64,000 bases of DNA from an uncultured delta proteobacterium (GCA_963771175.1 CAVYSY010000046.1:192001-256000); one strand, 5' to 3'; counted from the stretch's first letter, positions 1 through 21,419 are shown. Program-made: numbers and translations. The notes: generated by a model not told the origin, from the letters alone.

Positions 1-1433
1 GCTCGATGCGGAAGCCGCGAATCTTCACCTGATGGTCGCGCCGGCCCTGGAACTCAATGGCGCCGTCGGGAAGCAGGCGGACGATGTCACCCGTCTTGTA
101 GAGGCGGGCATCAGGGTTGGGGCTGAAGGGGTGGGGGATGAAGCGCTCGGAGGTGAGCGCGGACTGGTTGAGGTAGCCACGGCCCAGGCCCTCGCCACCG
201 AGGTAGAGCTCACCAGGGACACCGACGGGGACGGGCTGGAGGTTCTCGTCGAGGACGAAGGCGGTGGTGTTGGAGAGGGGGCGGCCGATGGGAACGGTTT
301 GGCCTTCAGCGGGAGGATGGGAGACGAGGTGCCAGGTGCTGAAGGTGGTGTTCTCGGTGGGGCCGTAGACGTGGAGGAGGCGAGCGGGAGGGCCGTGCTG
401 GAGGACGGAGCGAACGGCGCCGGGGTCGACGAACTCGCCACCGAAGAGGACGGAGGAGAGGGAGGAGAAGCCGGAGGGGGACTGCTGCGCCACCTGGTTG
501 AAGAGGGCGGTGGTGAGGAAGAGGGCGGAGATGGACTCCTGGCGCAGCAGTGAGGCGAAGAGAGCGGGCGAGAGGGAGACGTCGCGGGGGAAGCCGACGA
601 GCAGGGCGCCATTGAGCAGCGCGCCCCAGATTTCGAAGGTGGCCGCGTCGAAGGAGGCGTTGGACACCTGGGCCACTCTGTCGGCGGGAGTCAGGTGGAT
701 GTACTTGGTGTCACGCACCAGGCGGACGACGCCCCGGTGGGGAATGGCGATGCCCTTGGGCTGGCCAGTGGAGCCCGAGGTGTAGATGGCGTAGGCCAGG
801 TGGGAGGGCGTGGTGCTGGTGGCCGGAGCGTGGGTGGGGTGCTGGGCGATGGCTCCAGAGTCGGAGTCGGAGTCCAGGCACAGCACGCGAACGCCGTCGG
901 GCAGCTGGAGCCCGTCGGAGAGCGCCCGGGTCGTCAACAGCAGGGGCGCGCTGGCGTCCCGGAGCATGAAGGAGAGGCGCTCGCGGGGGTAGGAGGTGTC
1001 GAGGGGGAGGTAGGCGCCGCCCGCCTTGAGGCAGGCGAGCATGGAGAGGATGAGGGAGGGGGAGCGCTCGAGGTAGAGGCCGACGAGGGTGTCGGGGCCG
1101 ACGCCGAGCGACTGCAGGTGCCAGGCGAGCTGGTTGGCGCGCGACTCGAGCTGGGCATAGGTGAGGGACTCCTCACCGAAGCGCAGGGCGAGGGCCTCGG
1201 GGGTGGCGCGGGCCTGAGCGGAGAAGAGCTCGTGGATGCAGCGCTCTCGCGGGTAGTCGGTGGCCGTCTGGTTCCAGTCCACCAACAACTGCTGCCGCTC
1301 CGCCTCCGTCAGCAGGGGCAGCGCGGTGATGGCCGTGTCGGGCTGGCGCGCGGCCTCGACGAGCAGCGTCTGGAAGTGGCCCAGCATCCGCTCGATGGTG
1401 CTCGCGTCGAACAGGTCCGTGTCGTACTCCAGC
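1..1433 (-). repeat. Copy 3 (truncated by the window edge) of a ~1.7 kb C-end/A-domain repeat
   Basis: Nearly identical by eye to the matching parts of 3138-4855 and 6328-8045; the same antisense ORFs recur in all three copies. Confidence 0.9.
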
Positions 1434-2728
1434 TCGCCGACGAGGCCCGCGGGCGTCTCCTCCATCGACATCAGCAGGTCGAACTTCGAGGTGCCGGTCT
1501 CGACAGGCAACGCCGTGATGGAGAGCCCTTCGAGCACGGCCGACGAGGTCGCTGACTCCTGAAGGGAGAACATCACCTGGAAGAGCGGGTTGTGGCTGAG
1601 GTTGCGCTCGGGATGAAGCGCCTCGACGACCAGCTCGAAGGGGACATCCTGGTGGGCATAAGCCCCCAGTGCCACCTCACGCACCCGCTCGACGAGCTGC
1701 CGGAAGGTCGGCGCGCCGGAGAGGTCCGTGCGCATGACGAGCGTGTTGACGAAGAAGCCGATGAGTCCTTCGAGCTCGGCGCGGTTGCGGTTGGCGATGG
1801 GCGTGCCGACGCTGATGTCCTTCTGCCCGCTGTAGCGGCCAAGGAAGGCCTTGAAGGCAGTCAGCACCGTCATGAAGAGCGTGGTGCCCTCCTCACGGCT
1901 CAGTTGCCGCAGCGCGCTGACCGTCTCGGATGGGATGGTGAAGCGCTTCGACGTCCCCACGTGCCGCTGCACCGCGGGGCGCGGTCGATCCGTGGGCAGC
2001 TCCAGAACCGGAGGCGCCCCGGAGAGCTGCTTCTTCCAGTAATCGAGCTGCTCGCGCAACACGTCGCCCCTCATCCACTCGTTCTGCCAGAGCGCGAAGT
2101 CGGCGTACTGGAGCTTGAGCGGCCGTAGGTTGGGCTCGATGCCCAGCCGCATGGCGCTGTAGTAGGCCCCCAGCTCGAGGAAGAAGACGGACATGGACCA
2201 GCCGTCGGAGACGATGTGGTGCATCGTCAGCAGCAGGACGTGATCCTCCTCCGCGGCTCGCAGCAGGGTGGCGCGCACCAGCGGGGCCCGGCCCAGGTCG
2301 AACGGCCGTCGAGACTCCTCGCCCGACAGCTCGCGGATTCGCTGCTCCCGCTCATTGGCGGGAAGTTGGCTCAGATCGACGAGGTTCAGCTCCAGCGGCA
2401 GCTCCGGCGCGATCACCTGGACGGACTCGTCCTTGAGCGTGGCGAAACTGGTGCGCAGGGACTCGTGCCGCTGCATGAGCTTCCGCAGGGAGATTCTCAG
2501 CGCCTGCTCATCCAGAGGACCCTGGAGGCGGACGAAGACGGGCACGTTGTACAGGGCCAGTCCTGGCTCCAACCGATCGAGGAACCACAGCCTTCGCTGC
2601 GCGAAGGACAGAGGAACCTGGTTGCCTCGGTCGGTGCGCGGCAGGAGCGCCTGTTGGGAGGGCGTCTCCTTCTTGGCTGCGGAGGCACGGCCTTTGGCCT
2701 TCAGGATGCGATCCGAAAACTTGCTCAT
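1..2728 (-). CDS. NRPS-2, N-terminal part: C domain and A domain (Ile-type code); runs off the left edge
   Basis: ATG at 2728 (MSKFSDRILKAKG...LSFAQRRLWFL). C motif HHIVSDGWS; A motifs YTSGSTGQPKG, YGPTENT, GRRDHQVKIRGFRIE. The start codon is in frame with the last codons at the window edge; absent from the ORF track because there is no stop. Confidence 0.93.
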   Translation of the reverse strand, partial: MSKFSDRILKAKGRASAAKKETPSQQALLPRTDRGNQVPLSFAQRRLWFLDRLEPGLALYNVPVFVRLQGPLDEQALRISLRKLMQRHESLRTSFATLKDESVQVIAPELPLELNLVDLSQLPANEREQRIRELSGEESRRPFDLGRAPLVRATLLRAAEEDHVLLLTMHHIVSDGWSMSVFFLELGAYYSAMRLGIEPNLRPLKLQYADFALWQNEWMRGDVLREQLDYWKKQLSGAPPVLELPTDRPRPAVQRHVGTSKRFTIPSETVSALRQLSREEGTTLFMTVLTAFKAFLGRYSGQKDISVGTPIANRNRAELEGLIGFFVNTLVMRTDLSGAPTFRQLVERVREVALGAYAHQDVPFELVVEALHPERNLSHNPLFQVMFSLQESATSSAVLEGLSITALPVETGTSKFDLLMSMEETPAGLVGELEYDTDLFDASTIERMLGHFQTLLVEAARQPDTAITALPLLTEAERQQLLVDWNQTATDYPRERCIHELFSAQARATPEALALRFGEESLTYAQLESRANQLAWHLQSLGVGPDTLVGLYLERSPSLILSMLACLKAGGAYLPLDTSYPRERLSFMLRDASAPLLLTTRALSDGLQLPDGVRVLCLDSDSDSGAIAQHPTHAPATSTTPSHLAYAIYTSGSTGQPKGIAIPHRGVVRLVRDTKYIHLTPADRVAQVSNASFDAATFEIWGALLNGALLVGFPRDVSLSPALFASLLRQESISALFLTTALFNQVAQQSPSGFSSLSSVLFGGEFVDPGAVRSVLQHGPPARLLHVYGPTENTTFSTWHLVSHPPAEGQTVPIGRPLSNTTAFVLDENLQPVPVGVPGELYLGGEGLGRGYLNQSALTSERFIPHPFSPNPDARLYKTGDIVRLLPDGAIEFQGRRDHQVKIRGFRIE

Positions 2729-2822
2729 GGATGAAAATCTCGTTGTTCAAGCAGGAGGCCCGCAGGTGCCTGGGGCCTCCGAATCCTGTGTTCTTGGGGC
2801 GAGCTCTCGCGAAACAGGAGGC

Positions 2823-13837
<11,015 letters not shown>

Positions 13838-13910
13838 ATAGACTTAACTCTTTTAATGAGGACAAGCAGGAAGTCAACAAGCTCCGAGGATCTCTCTTGG
13901 GAATCGGAGC

Positions 13911-15188
13911 GTGCCTCGGACTGCCCAGGGAGCTCCCATCCTCGCGGTATTGAAACATCGTGACTTCGCGCTCATCTGGTCGGGCCAGCTCGTCTCCGGC
14001 CTGGGGGACTGGCTGCGGAACATGGCGCTGCTGTACTGGGTGTTCTCCGTCACCGGGGGTGAGTCGCCCCTGGCCACGGCGGCCATCACGGTAGCGACCA
14101 CGGCCCCGGCGCTCCTGCTGGGCCTGACGGCGGGCACCCTGGCAGACCGATGGGAGCGGCGTCGAGTCCTCATCTTCTGCGACGCCACGCGCTGCGTGCT
14201 GAGCCTGCTGCAGTTGGTGGCCGTGGCGAAACAGAGCCTGCCCCTGGCGTACACGGTGGCCTTCTGCTCGAGCGCGGTGGAGCAGTTGTACGATCCAGCT
14301 CGCGTCGCGCTGATCCGCACGACGGTGCCTCGCGAGGACCTGGTGGCAGCCAGTTCCCTGCGGCAGACCACGACGAGCGCCATCATGATCCTGGGAATGG
14401 CGCTCGGCACCGGCATCTACTTCGTGCTGGGGCCGTGGGTGAGCTTTGCCCTCGACGCGGCATCTTTCTTCGTGGCGATGCTGATCAACCTGGCGATCCG
14501 CACCCGGTGCGTGAGCACCAGCGCGCGAGCCGTCTCCTCGGTATGGAGGGAGGCACGAGAGGGGCTGGAGTACGTGCGCGGCAGCCTCTTCGTCCGCAGC
14601 ATGCTGGTGCTCGGGGCCATGGCCATGGCGGCCTCTGGCTTGATCGAGGTGGTGCAGATCTACCTGGTCACCCGGGAGCTGGGGCTGCCGGAGGATCGCC
14701 TGGCGTGGCTGGGCACGGCGCTGGGCGTGTCGATGTTCGCCGGTTTCGCGGTCGCCGGCTTCTTCCATCGCCGGCTGCGGTTGGAGTGGCTTCCGGGCCT
14801 GGGGCTGGGAGTCTGTGGCGTGGGCGTGATGCTGATGGCCATGGCCCCATCGCTGCTGGTGGCCATCGTGGGCATGGTGCTGGTGGGCCTGGGCAACGTG
14901 CTGCTCAACGTGGGGCTGGGACCGCTCATGCAGACGCATGTCGAGATGGGGCTGCTGGGGCGGGTGATGGGGGTCTTCCGCTCCGTGAGCACGGCCAGCA
15001 TGTTGTTGGGGGCCAGCAGTGCGGGCTACCTGATTGCCTATGCGAACACGCGGCAGGTCACTGCCGCCGCCGGTGTGCTGCTGGTGCTGGCGGCACTCCT
15101 CGCTGGACGCCGGCTGGCTCGCGCGGTCGTCACGCTGCGGGCCGAGCACCCCGAGGAGCACGTGCTACCCACCGCCACTGTGAAGTGA
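13911..15188 (+). CDS. MFS transporter (DHA3/macrolide-efflux-like), likely the cluster exporter
   Basis: About 12 hydrophobic segments; RDFALIWSGQLVSGLGDW and motif A GTLADRWERRRVL; divergent from the NRPS. Confidence 0.88.
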   Translation: MPRTAQGAPILAVLKHRDFALIWSGQLVSGLGDWLRNMALLYWVFSVTGGESPLATAAITVATTAPALLLGLTAGTLADRWERRRVLIFCDATRCVLSLLQLVAVAKQSLPLAYTVAFCSSAVEQLYDPARVALIRTTVPREDLVAASSLRQTTTSAIMILGMALGTGIYFVLGPWVSFALDAASFFVAMLINLAIRTRCVSTSARAVSSVWREAREGLEYVRGSLFVRSMLVLGAMAMAASGLIEVVQIYLVTRELGLPEDRLAWLGTALGVSMFAGFAVAGFFHRRLRLEWLPGLGLGVCGVGVMLMAMAPSLLVAIVGMVLVGLGNVLLNVGLGPLMQTHVEMGLLGRVMGVFRSVSTASMLLGASSAGYLIAYANTRQVTAAAGVLLVLAALLAGRRLARAVVTLRAEHPEEHVLPTATVK

Positions 15189-15194
15189 GCCGAT

Positions 15195-17894
15195 ATGTCG
15201 AGTCTCGGTGTGTCCGGTGAGCGGGAGCGGGAGCCGGCCCGCGTGCATCCGATACGTGTCGGAGCCCCGGGGGTGGCCGTGCTGGCCCTCTGGCTGGTGG
15301 GACTCTCCGCGCAGGCGCAGGAGACGGCCCCCGTCGAGCAGCGTCAGCTCCAGGCTCTTCAGGTGGAGAAGGGCCCGGTGCTGGACGGCGTGCTCGATGA
15401 CGAGGTCTGGAAGCGCGCCTCCTTTATCCGGGATTTTCTGCAGAAGGAGCCCGAGCAGGGCACGCCCGCTTCGCTGCGTACGGAGGTGGCCTTCGTCTAT
15501 GACGCGGACGCCCTCTACGTGGGCGCGCGCATGTTCAGTGTCTCTTCCGAGGACATCGAGACGGTGATGACCCGGCGTGACGAGAGTGGCTCCGCCGAGC
15601 GGTTCATCATCTCGCTGGACACCTACCGGGACCGACGCACCGCCTACAGCTTCGCCGTCACCGCCGCGGGCGTGCGGGTGGATTGGTACCACCCGGATGA
15701 CCACGAGTACGTCCGCGACCTTTCCTTCAACCCCGTCTGGGAAGCCCGCACCACCCAGGTTTCCGACGGGTGGATCGCCGAGCTGCGCATTCCCTTCTCG
15801 CAGCTGCGCTTCGACGCCGCCAACGAGCAGGTGTGGGGTCTCAACATCAACCGCTTCATCCCCCGCCGCAACGAGGACGACTTCTGGGTGGTGGTACCGC
15901 GCGATGTCACCGGCTGGTCCTCGCACTTCGGCGAGCTCTCCGGCATCCGCGGCGTGGCTCCCTCGCACCGCGTCGAGCTGGTGCCCTATGTGGCGGGAGA
16001 CCTGCAAGTGAGCTCGGGCGCGAACCCGCGTGCCGGGACGCCCTTCGAGAACCAGCGCCCGTACTCAGGCCGCGTGGGTCTGGACGGCAAGGTGGGCCTG
16101 GGGCCCAACCTCAACCTGGACCTCACGGTGAACCCGGACTTCGGGCAGGTCGACGCGGATCCAGCCCAGGTGAATCTCACGGACTTCGAGACCATCGTCG
16201 ACGAGCGCCGTCCCTTCTTCACCGAGGGCAGCCAGCTCTTCAACAACAACAACACCAACAACAATGCGCCGGCGTACTTCTACTCACGGCGTATCGGCGC
16301 CGCGCCACGGCTCAGGGCGAGCGCTGACTTCGTCGAGCCTCCGGGGGCCAGTCCCATCTGGGGCGCGGCGAAGCTCACCGGGCGGTTGTCCTCGGGCCTG
16401 TCCCTGGGTGCACTGGGCGCCTTCACCGGCGAGGGGTCCGCGGACACCTATGACTTCGCGACCCAGGAGCAGGGCCGGGTGAAGTTGGACTCGCGCACCG
16501 GCTACGGCGTGCTGCGTGCGCAGCAGGAACTGGGCAAGGGCTCGACGGTAGGTGCCACCCTCACCACGGTGTATCGGGACATTGGCGAGGGGGAGGGGCG
16601 CACGTTGGAGCTGACCCGTGAGGCCTATACGGGTGGCGCGGACTTCCGGCTGCGACTGCTCGGTGGCGAGTACATCGTCTCCGGTTACGCGGGTGGCAGC
16701 CTGGTGCGCGGGGACCCGGCGGCGATCACTCGCCTGCAGCGCTCCAGCGCCCGCTACTTCCAGCGGCCGGATCAGACGTACGTCCAGCTGGATCCCCAAG
16801 CCACCTCGATGTCCGGTTACGCGCTGGGGGCGAAGGTGGTCCGCCAGAGTGGCGAGCACTGGCTGTGGAACAGCAGCATCGGAGTCGAGTCCCCAGGCTT
16901 CGAGCTCAACGACCTGGGCCGGCTCGGCACCACGGATGACATCGACGTCAACCTGGGCCTCACCTACCGGGAGACGAACCCGGGCCCGCTGCTGCGTGGA
17001 TACAACCTGAGTCTGCTGGGCTACGGCAATTGGAACCACGGCGGGGTGCGGACGGTGAACCAGTTCGTGCTCTCCAATGCGGTCACCTTCCTCAACTTCT
17101 GGGAAGCCAGCCTGGCGCTCACCTATCTGCCGCGTGCATTCTCGGACTCGCTCACCCGCGGCGGGCCGCTGATGCAGACGCCGCAGGGATTGGAGGCCGA
17201 GCTCACCCTGAACAACAACTCCTCGGGCACCCAGCTCTGGAACGTGGACGCCCTGGGGTGGACGTACGAGGACGGCAGCCGTGGCGCCATCTTGACGGGG
17301 GCGCTCACCGTGCAGCCCTTCCGCAACCTGAGATTGTCGCTCGAGCCCGTTGCCTCGCTCTACACGGAAGCGCGCCAATACATGGCCACGCTGGGGGAGG
17401 GGAGCGCGGAGACGTACGGCAAGCGCTACGTCTTCGGCACGGTGCTGCGGCGCGAGTTGGCGCTGCGGCTGCGCGCCAACCTCTTCCTCACCCCGGACCT
17501 GAGTCTCGAGGCCTACGCCGAGCCCTTCGCCTCCAGCGGTGTCTACAGCGAGCTGGGCGAGCTGGCCCGGGCACGTGGGCGGCTCCTGCGCAACTACGGT
17601 GAGGACGGCACGTCCATCTCGCGGCTCGAGGACGGCAGCTGGGAGGTGATGGACGGCGAGCGCTCGTTCCTGCTGGACGATCAGGACTTCAACGTGCGCT
17701 CGTTCCGCGCCAACGTGGTGTTGCGCTGGGAATGGCGTCCGGGCAGCACCCTCTTCCTGGTGTGGCAACAGGACCGCTCCGCGAACGAGCTCCTGGGCAG
17801 TGCGCTGGCGCCTCGTGCCCTGGGCGATGCACTGCTCAGCCCGGGAGGCCACACCTTCGCCGTCAAGCTGACGTGGTGGTTCCCCGCGGGCTGA
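15195..17894 (+). CDS. Secreted/outer-membrane protein, CBM9-like plus DUF5916 family
   Basis: Signal peptide ending AQA; PVLDGVLDDEVW, GWIAELRIPFSQLRF, LTVNPDFGQVDADP, ERRPFFTEG, FYSRRIG; C-terminal KLTWWF beta-signal. Confidence 0.75.
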   Translation: MSSLGVSGEREREPARVHPIRVGAPGVAVLALWLVGLSAQAQETAPVEQRQLQALQVEKGPVLDGVLDDEVWKRASFIRDFLQKEPEQGTPASLRTEVAFVYDADALYVGARMFSVSSEDIETVMTRRDESGSAERFIISLDTYRDRRTAYSFAVTAAGVRVDWYHPDDHEYVRDLSFNPVWEARTTQVSDGWIAELRIPFSQLRFDAANEQVWGLNINRFIPRRNEDDFWVVVPRDVTGWSSHFGELSGIRGVAPSHRVELVPYVAGDLQVSSGANPRAGTPFENQRPYSGRVGLDGKVGLGPNLNLDLTVNPDFGQVDADPAQVNLTDFETIVDERRPFFTEGSQLFNNNNTNNNAPAYFYSRRIGAAPRLRASADFVEPPGASPIWGAAKLTGRLSSGLSLGALGAFTGEGSADTYDFATQEQGRVKLDSRTGYGVLRAQQELGKGSTVGATLTTVYRDIGEGEGRTLELTREAYTGGADFRLRLLGGEYIVSGYAGGSLVRGDPAAITRLQRSSARYFQRPDQTYVQLDPQATSMSGYALGAKVVRQSGEHWLWNSSIGVESPGFELNDLGRLGTTDDIDVNLGLTYRETNPGPLLRGYNLSLLGYGNWNHGGVRTVNQFVLSNAVTFLNFWEASLALTYLPRAFSDSLTRGGPLMQTPQGLEAELTLNNNSSGTQLWNVDALGWTYEDGSRGAILTGALTVQPFRNLRLSLEPVASLYTEARQYMATLGEGSAETYGKRYVFGTVLRRELALRLRANLFLTPDLSLEAYAEPFASSGVYSELGELARARGRLLRNYGEDGTSISRLEDGSWEVMDGERSFLLDDQDFNVRSFRANVVLRWEWRPGSTLFLVWQQDRSANELLGSALAPRALGDALLSPGGHTFAVKLTWWFPAG

Positions 17895-17899
17895 ATCGC

Positions 17900-18295
17900 T
17901 CAGCCCTCATGAGCCGCACGCCGGGTCTCCCCGCCGCGTGAGCGCTCGGCCACCTTCCGCCGGACCTCTTCCATGTCCAGCGCCTTCGCCTGGCGCACGA
18001 GATCCTCCAGTGCGGCCTCGGGCAGCGCGCCCGCCTGCTGGAACAGCAGCACCCCGTCCCGGTAGAGGCTCAGCGTGGGCATGGCTTGGATGCCGAGCGC
18101 ACCCGCCAGCCGAGGCTGATCGTCCACGTCGACCTTCACGAACGTGGCGTCCGGGTTCTTCGCGGCCACGCGCTCGAAGATGGGGCCGAAGAATCGGCAC
18201 GGTGCGCACCAGCGCGCCCACCAGTCGATGACGAGAATCCCCGGCCGGGCGACCGCCTCCGCGAAACCCTTCTGATCCAAAGTTCCCACCGACAT
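17900..18295 (-). CDS. Thioredoxin
   Basis: DWWARWCAPCR active site and IQAMPTL cis-Pro motif. Confidence 0.9.
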   Translation of the reverse strand: MSVGTLDQKGFAEAVARPGILVIDWWARWCAPCRFFGPIFERVAAKNPDATFVKVDVDDQPRLAGALGIQAMPTLSLYRDGVLLFQQAGALPEAALEDLVRQAKALDMEEVRRKVAERSRGGETRRAAHEG

Positions 18296-18445
18296 GTGCA
18301 TCCTCCTGGGAGCCGGACCGCGCCGGCCCTTCCAAATGTGAGAGCCAGGAGGGGCCCTGGAGGATTCACCGCGCCCGCATCCGAGGGGGATTCACGCGGT
18401 GACAGTCACATCGCGAAGCCGAGCACGTACAGCTAGACTGGTCGG

Positions 18446-19423
18446 ATGCGGGAGATCACCGAAGCCACGGAATTGTGCCTTGCGCACGGTACGCTGAACC
18501 CGGCCGCTGTCGGTTACACCCGCTCACAGCGGCACCGGACCAACCTCCGCGGCTGGGGCCGGACCAAGCGCTGGGAGTACTGGGGCATCATCACTCCCAC
18601 TCATGTCCTGGGGCTGACCCTCTCCAGCCTGGACTATGCCGGAGTGCTGCAGGTGTACCTCCATGACCGGGAAAGCGGCGAGGAGCTCAGCCAGGACGCC
18701 ATCGTTCCGCTGGCCCGCGGGGTGATCCTTCCGGACGGGCTGCCACCCTTCTCGGCGAGCGCGTCAGGGGGCGGTCTGGAGCTTCACTTCACGGACGGCG
18801 CCGACGGCACTGTCCTCGAGGTCAGCTCGCCCCGGGTGGCCGCCCGGCTGATCGCCCCCCCTGGCGGTGAGGCGCTCGGCGTCGTCGTTCCTTGGAGCGA
18901 GAGGCTGTTCCAGTACACGCTCAAGGACGTGGCCCGGCGGGTTGGCGGCACCCTCACGGTGGATGGCCGCACGTTCGAGGTGGACCCGGCGGAGAGCTGG
19001 GCGGTGCTGGATCGCGGGCGAGGCCGCTGGCCCTATTCCATGACGTGGAACTGGGGGGCTGGGATGGGCACCGTGGAGGGAGGGCGGCTGGGTCTGCAGC
19101 TGGGCGGGAAGTGGACGGACGGCACGGGTGCGACGGAGAACGCGCTGATGGTCAACGGCCGGCTCCACCACCTCCCGGAGGAGCTGCGCTGGAGCTATGA
19201 GCTGGCGACTCCCGCGTCCCCGTGGCGCGTGGAGGGCGAGCGGGTCTGTGCCACGCTGACGCCGTTCCACGTCCGGCACGCCAGGACGGATGCGCTCGTC
19301 ATCGCCTCGGACACGTACCAGGCGTTTGGACACTGGAGCGGCTGGGCCGTGGACGACGAGGGCGTGACGCATCGCTTCGAGGGCCTCGTGGGCTGGGCGG
19401 AAGAGGCCCGGAACCGCTGGTGA
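18446..19423 (+). CDS. DUF2804 family protein
   Basis: KRWEYW, LDRGRGRWPY, WNWG, GTGATENAL and C-terminal GWAEEARNRW. Confidence 0.7.
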   Translation: MREITEATELCLAHGTLNPAAVGYTRSQRHRTNLRGWGRTKRWEYWGIITPTHVLGLTLSSLDYAGVLQVYLHDRESGEELSQDAIVPLARGVILPDGLPPFSASASGGGLELHFTDGADGTVLEVSSPRVAARLIAPPGGEALGVVVPWSERLFQYTLKDVARRVGGTLTVDGRTFEVDPAESWAVLDRGRGRWPYSMTWNWGAGMGTVEGGRLGLQLGGKWTDGTGATENALMVNGRLHHLPEELRWSYELATPASPWRVEGERVCATLTPFHVRHARTDALVIASDTYQAFGHWSGWAVDDEGVTHRFEGLVGWAEEARNRW

Positions 19424-19506
19424 CGGGCTCGCCTTTAGACATCCCCCGACACCCAGAAGGGCGTGGTAACCAGCAGCAGAACTAACCCCGCTGCGCGTGT
19501 TGTCCG

Positions 19507-19547
19507 GCTGGAGCCTCGGGTGGCACGGTGCCACCCGGGGCTTCAGC
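19507..19547 (+). repeat. 41-nt palindrome/hairpin with 20-bp arms
   Basis: GCTGGAGCCTCGGGTGGCAC-G-GTGCCACCCGGGGCTTCAGC; both mismatches are G-T(U) pairs on the + strand. Confidence 0.75.
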
Positions 19548-19812
19548 TTTGCGCGGCCAACCTCTCGCGTGGAGGCGGATGGACCAGGGAACGGCGACCT
19601 CGGTCGGGTCGAAGTCGGAGTCGGGGAGGGCGAACAGGACGCGGCGAGCGACGGGCACGCGCGAACCCTACAGAGATTCGCCCGACGCTCGCTACTGAAG
19701 AGCCGCCACGTCTCCACCACGTCATCCGTCGGATAGATGAGGGCGTCTCCATCGACGCGGTCAAGGAGCAGTTCACCCTGCTGCTGGGCCCCATCTCATC
19801 CATACTTCAGAC

Positions 19813-20653
19813 ATGACATCCCAGAGACCGTCGCTACAGACCTGGTGGGCCGAGCGAGCCACCGTCATCCGCCGGTACGACGAGATGGAGTCCCGCCTCA
19901 CTGCGTCCGTCAGCGAGCGGATGCTCGACCTGGCCTGCCTTCGGCCGGGAATGAGGGTGCTCGATGTGGCTTCGGGGATGGGCGAGCCGTCCCTCCGCGC
20001 CGCGCAACGGGTGGGCCCCTCCGGCTTCGTGCTGGGAACGGACCTGGCCGGACGGCATGCTGGAGGCCGCACGGGAGAAGGCACGAGCCCAGGCCCTCTC
20101 GAACATCGAGTTTCGTGCCGAGGATGCGGAGACGCTCGAGGTGCCGGAGCAGTCCTTCGATGCGGCGACCGTGCGCTGGGGGTTGATGTACATGCCCCGG
20201 CCCGAGCGGGCGCTCGAGCGGCTCTGGCGGGCGCTCCGTCCCTCCGGACGACTGGTGTGCGCATGCTGGGCGGGGCCCGAGCAGGTCGAGTACTGGTCGC
20301 TGCCACGCAGGACCCTGGCCCGCTTCCGTCAGCTTCCCCCCGTCGCGCCCGATGCCCCGGGCGTGTTCCGCTTCTCCGACCCCGAGCACCTGCGCCCACT
20401 GTTGACGCGCAGCGGGTTCGCGATGGAGCACGTCGAGTCCATGCATGTCCCCGTGATGGAAGCAGAGGAGGGTGAGGGAGTCGTGCGCTGGATTCGCGAG
20501 CTCGGGGGCCCCGTGGCGAAGGCCGTGGAGGAGTTGCCGCCGGAGGCGCAGCGGGCGTGGGAGGAGGATGTCGCCCGCGAATGCGAGCACCATCGGACTG
20601 GCGGGAAGGTCCTGCTCGGCGGAGTGACGTGGCTCGTCGTGGCGAGGAGGTGA
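19813..20653 (+). CDS. Class I SAM-dependent methyltransferase (UbiE-like), frameshift ~20050
   Basis: VLDVASGMGEP in ORF 19813, continuing as FDAATVRWGLMY..LRPSGRL in ORF 19964-20653. Confidence 0.8.
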
Positions 20654-20869
20654 GCGCGAAGGCGCCGGTGGGCTTCAAGTAGTCTCAACACCCTTTTACG
20701 CACGCTTCTTGAGCGTCCGGGCCTGGATTTCGTGCTGCGGGCTTCGAACCCGTTGGGGAGGAGAGGGATCAGCTCGCCTTGGCAACCGGGTGCTCGACCA
20801 CGATGTTCGAGCGGGAGCTGCCGTCCGGAGTGTCAGACGACTTGACGGAGCTGCCCGGCGAGCTCCCCC

Positions 20870-21346
20870 TCACGCCGCGCTCTTCATCCGGTCGCGCGCC
20901 TGGTTCATGTGGCCCACGGCCGGCACCAACTCGCCCACCTTGCCCAGGCCGAAGCGCGGCATGCCGTAGTAGATGGACTCGAAGCTCCCGGGGCGCACCG
21001 CGTACGTCTCGTGCCAGATGCCCACGGCGGACGAGCCCTTCACCCGCTGGTTGAATTCGCGCCACGCCGGCAGGTGCTCGCCATTGCGGTCCCGCGCGTA
21101 GTCCATGAGCTGCTCCAACGAACGCCAGTACTGCACGGTGAGCAGGGTGCGGCCGAAGAAGAACTCGTGGCCCACCAGCCCCAGCTCCGGCTTGGAGTAC
21201 AGCTCCTTCATCATCCGCCCCATGGCGAGGGCCACCGGCAGCCACAGGTGCGGCTTCCACCACTGGTTGATGCGCATGCCGATGAGCAACACCACGAATT
21301 CCCCCTCCATGCGCGCCGACATCCGCTCCGCGATCACCTGGCTCAT
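20870..21346 (-). CDS. DUF4188 family protein (monooxygenase-like dimeric alpha/beta barrel)
   Basis: FVVLLIGMRIN, VQYWRSLEQL, HLPAWREFN, VGIWHETY, ESIYYGMPRFGL. Confidence 0.8.
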   Translation of the reverse strand: MSQVIAERMSARMEGEFVVLLIGMRINQWWKPHLWLPVALAMGRMMKELYSKPELGLVGHEFFFGRTLLTVQYWRSLEQLMDYARDRNGEHLPAWREFNQRVKGSSAVGIWHETYAVRPGSFESIYYGMPRFGLGKVGELVPAVGHMNQARDRMKSAA

Positions 21347-21358
21347 GTGCTCCCCTCT

Positions 21359-21373
21359 GTAAACAGCGTTAAC
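21359..21373. promoter_or_regulatory. Putative TetR operator upstream of the DUF4188 gene
   Basis: Imperfect palindrome GTAAACAGCGTTAAC, 13/15 identical to the copy at 22050-22064. Confidence 0.7.
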
Positions 21374-21383
21374 TTCCAGGACG

Positions 21384-21408
21384 AAAAAAAACCCGCCACG
21401 GCGGCGGG
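21384..21408 (-). terminator. Intrinsic terminator after tetR
   Basis: Minus strand CCCGCC-GCCGT-GGCGGG followed by 8 T. Confidence 0.8.
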
Positions 21409-21419
21409 CACCGCGCCAC

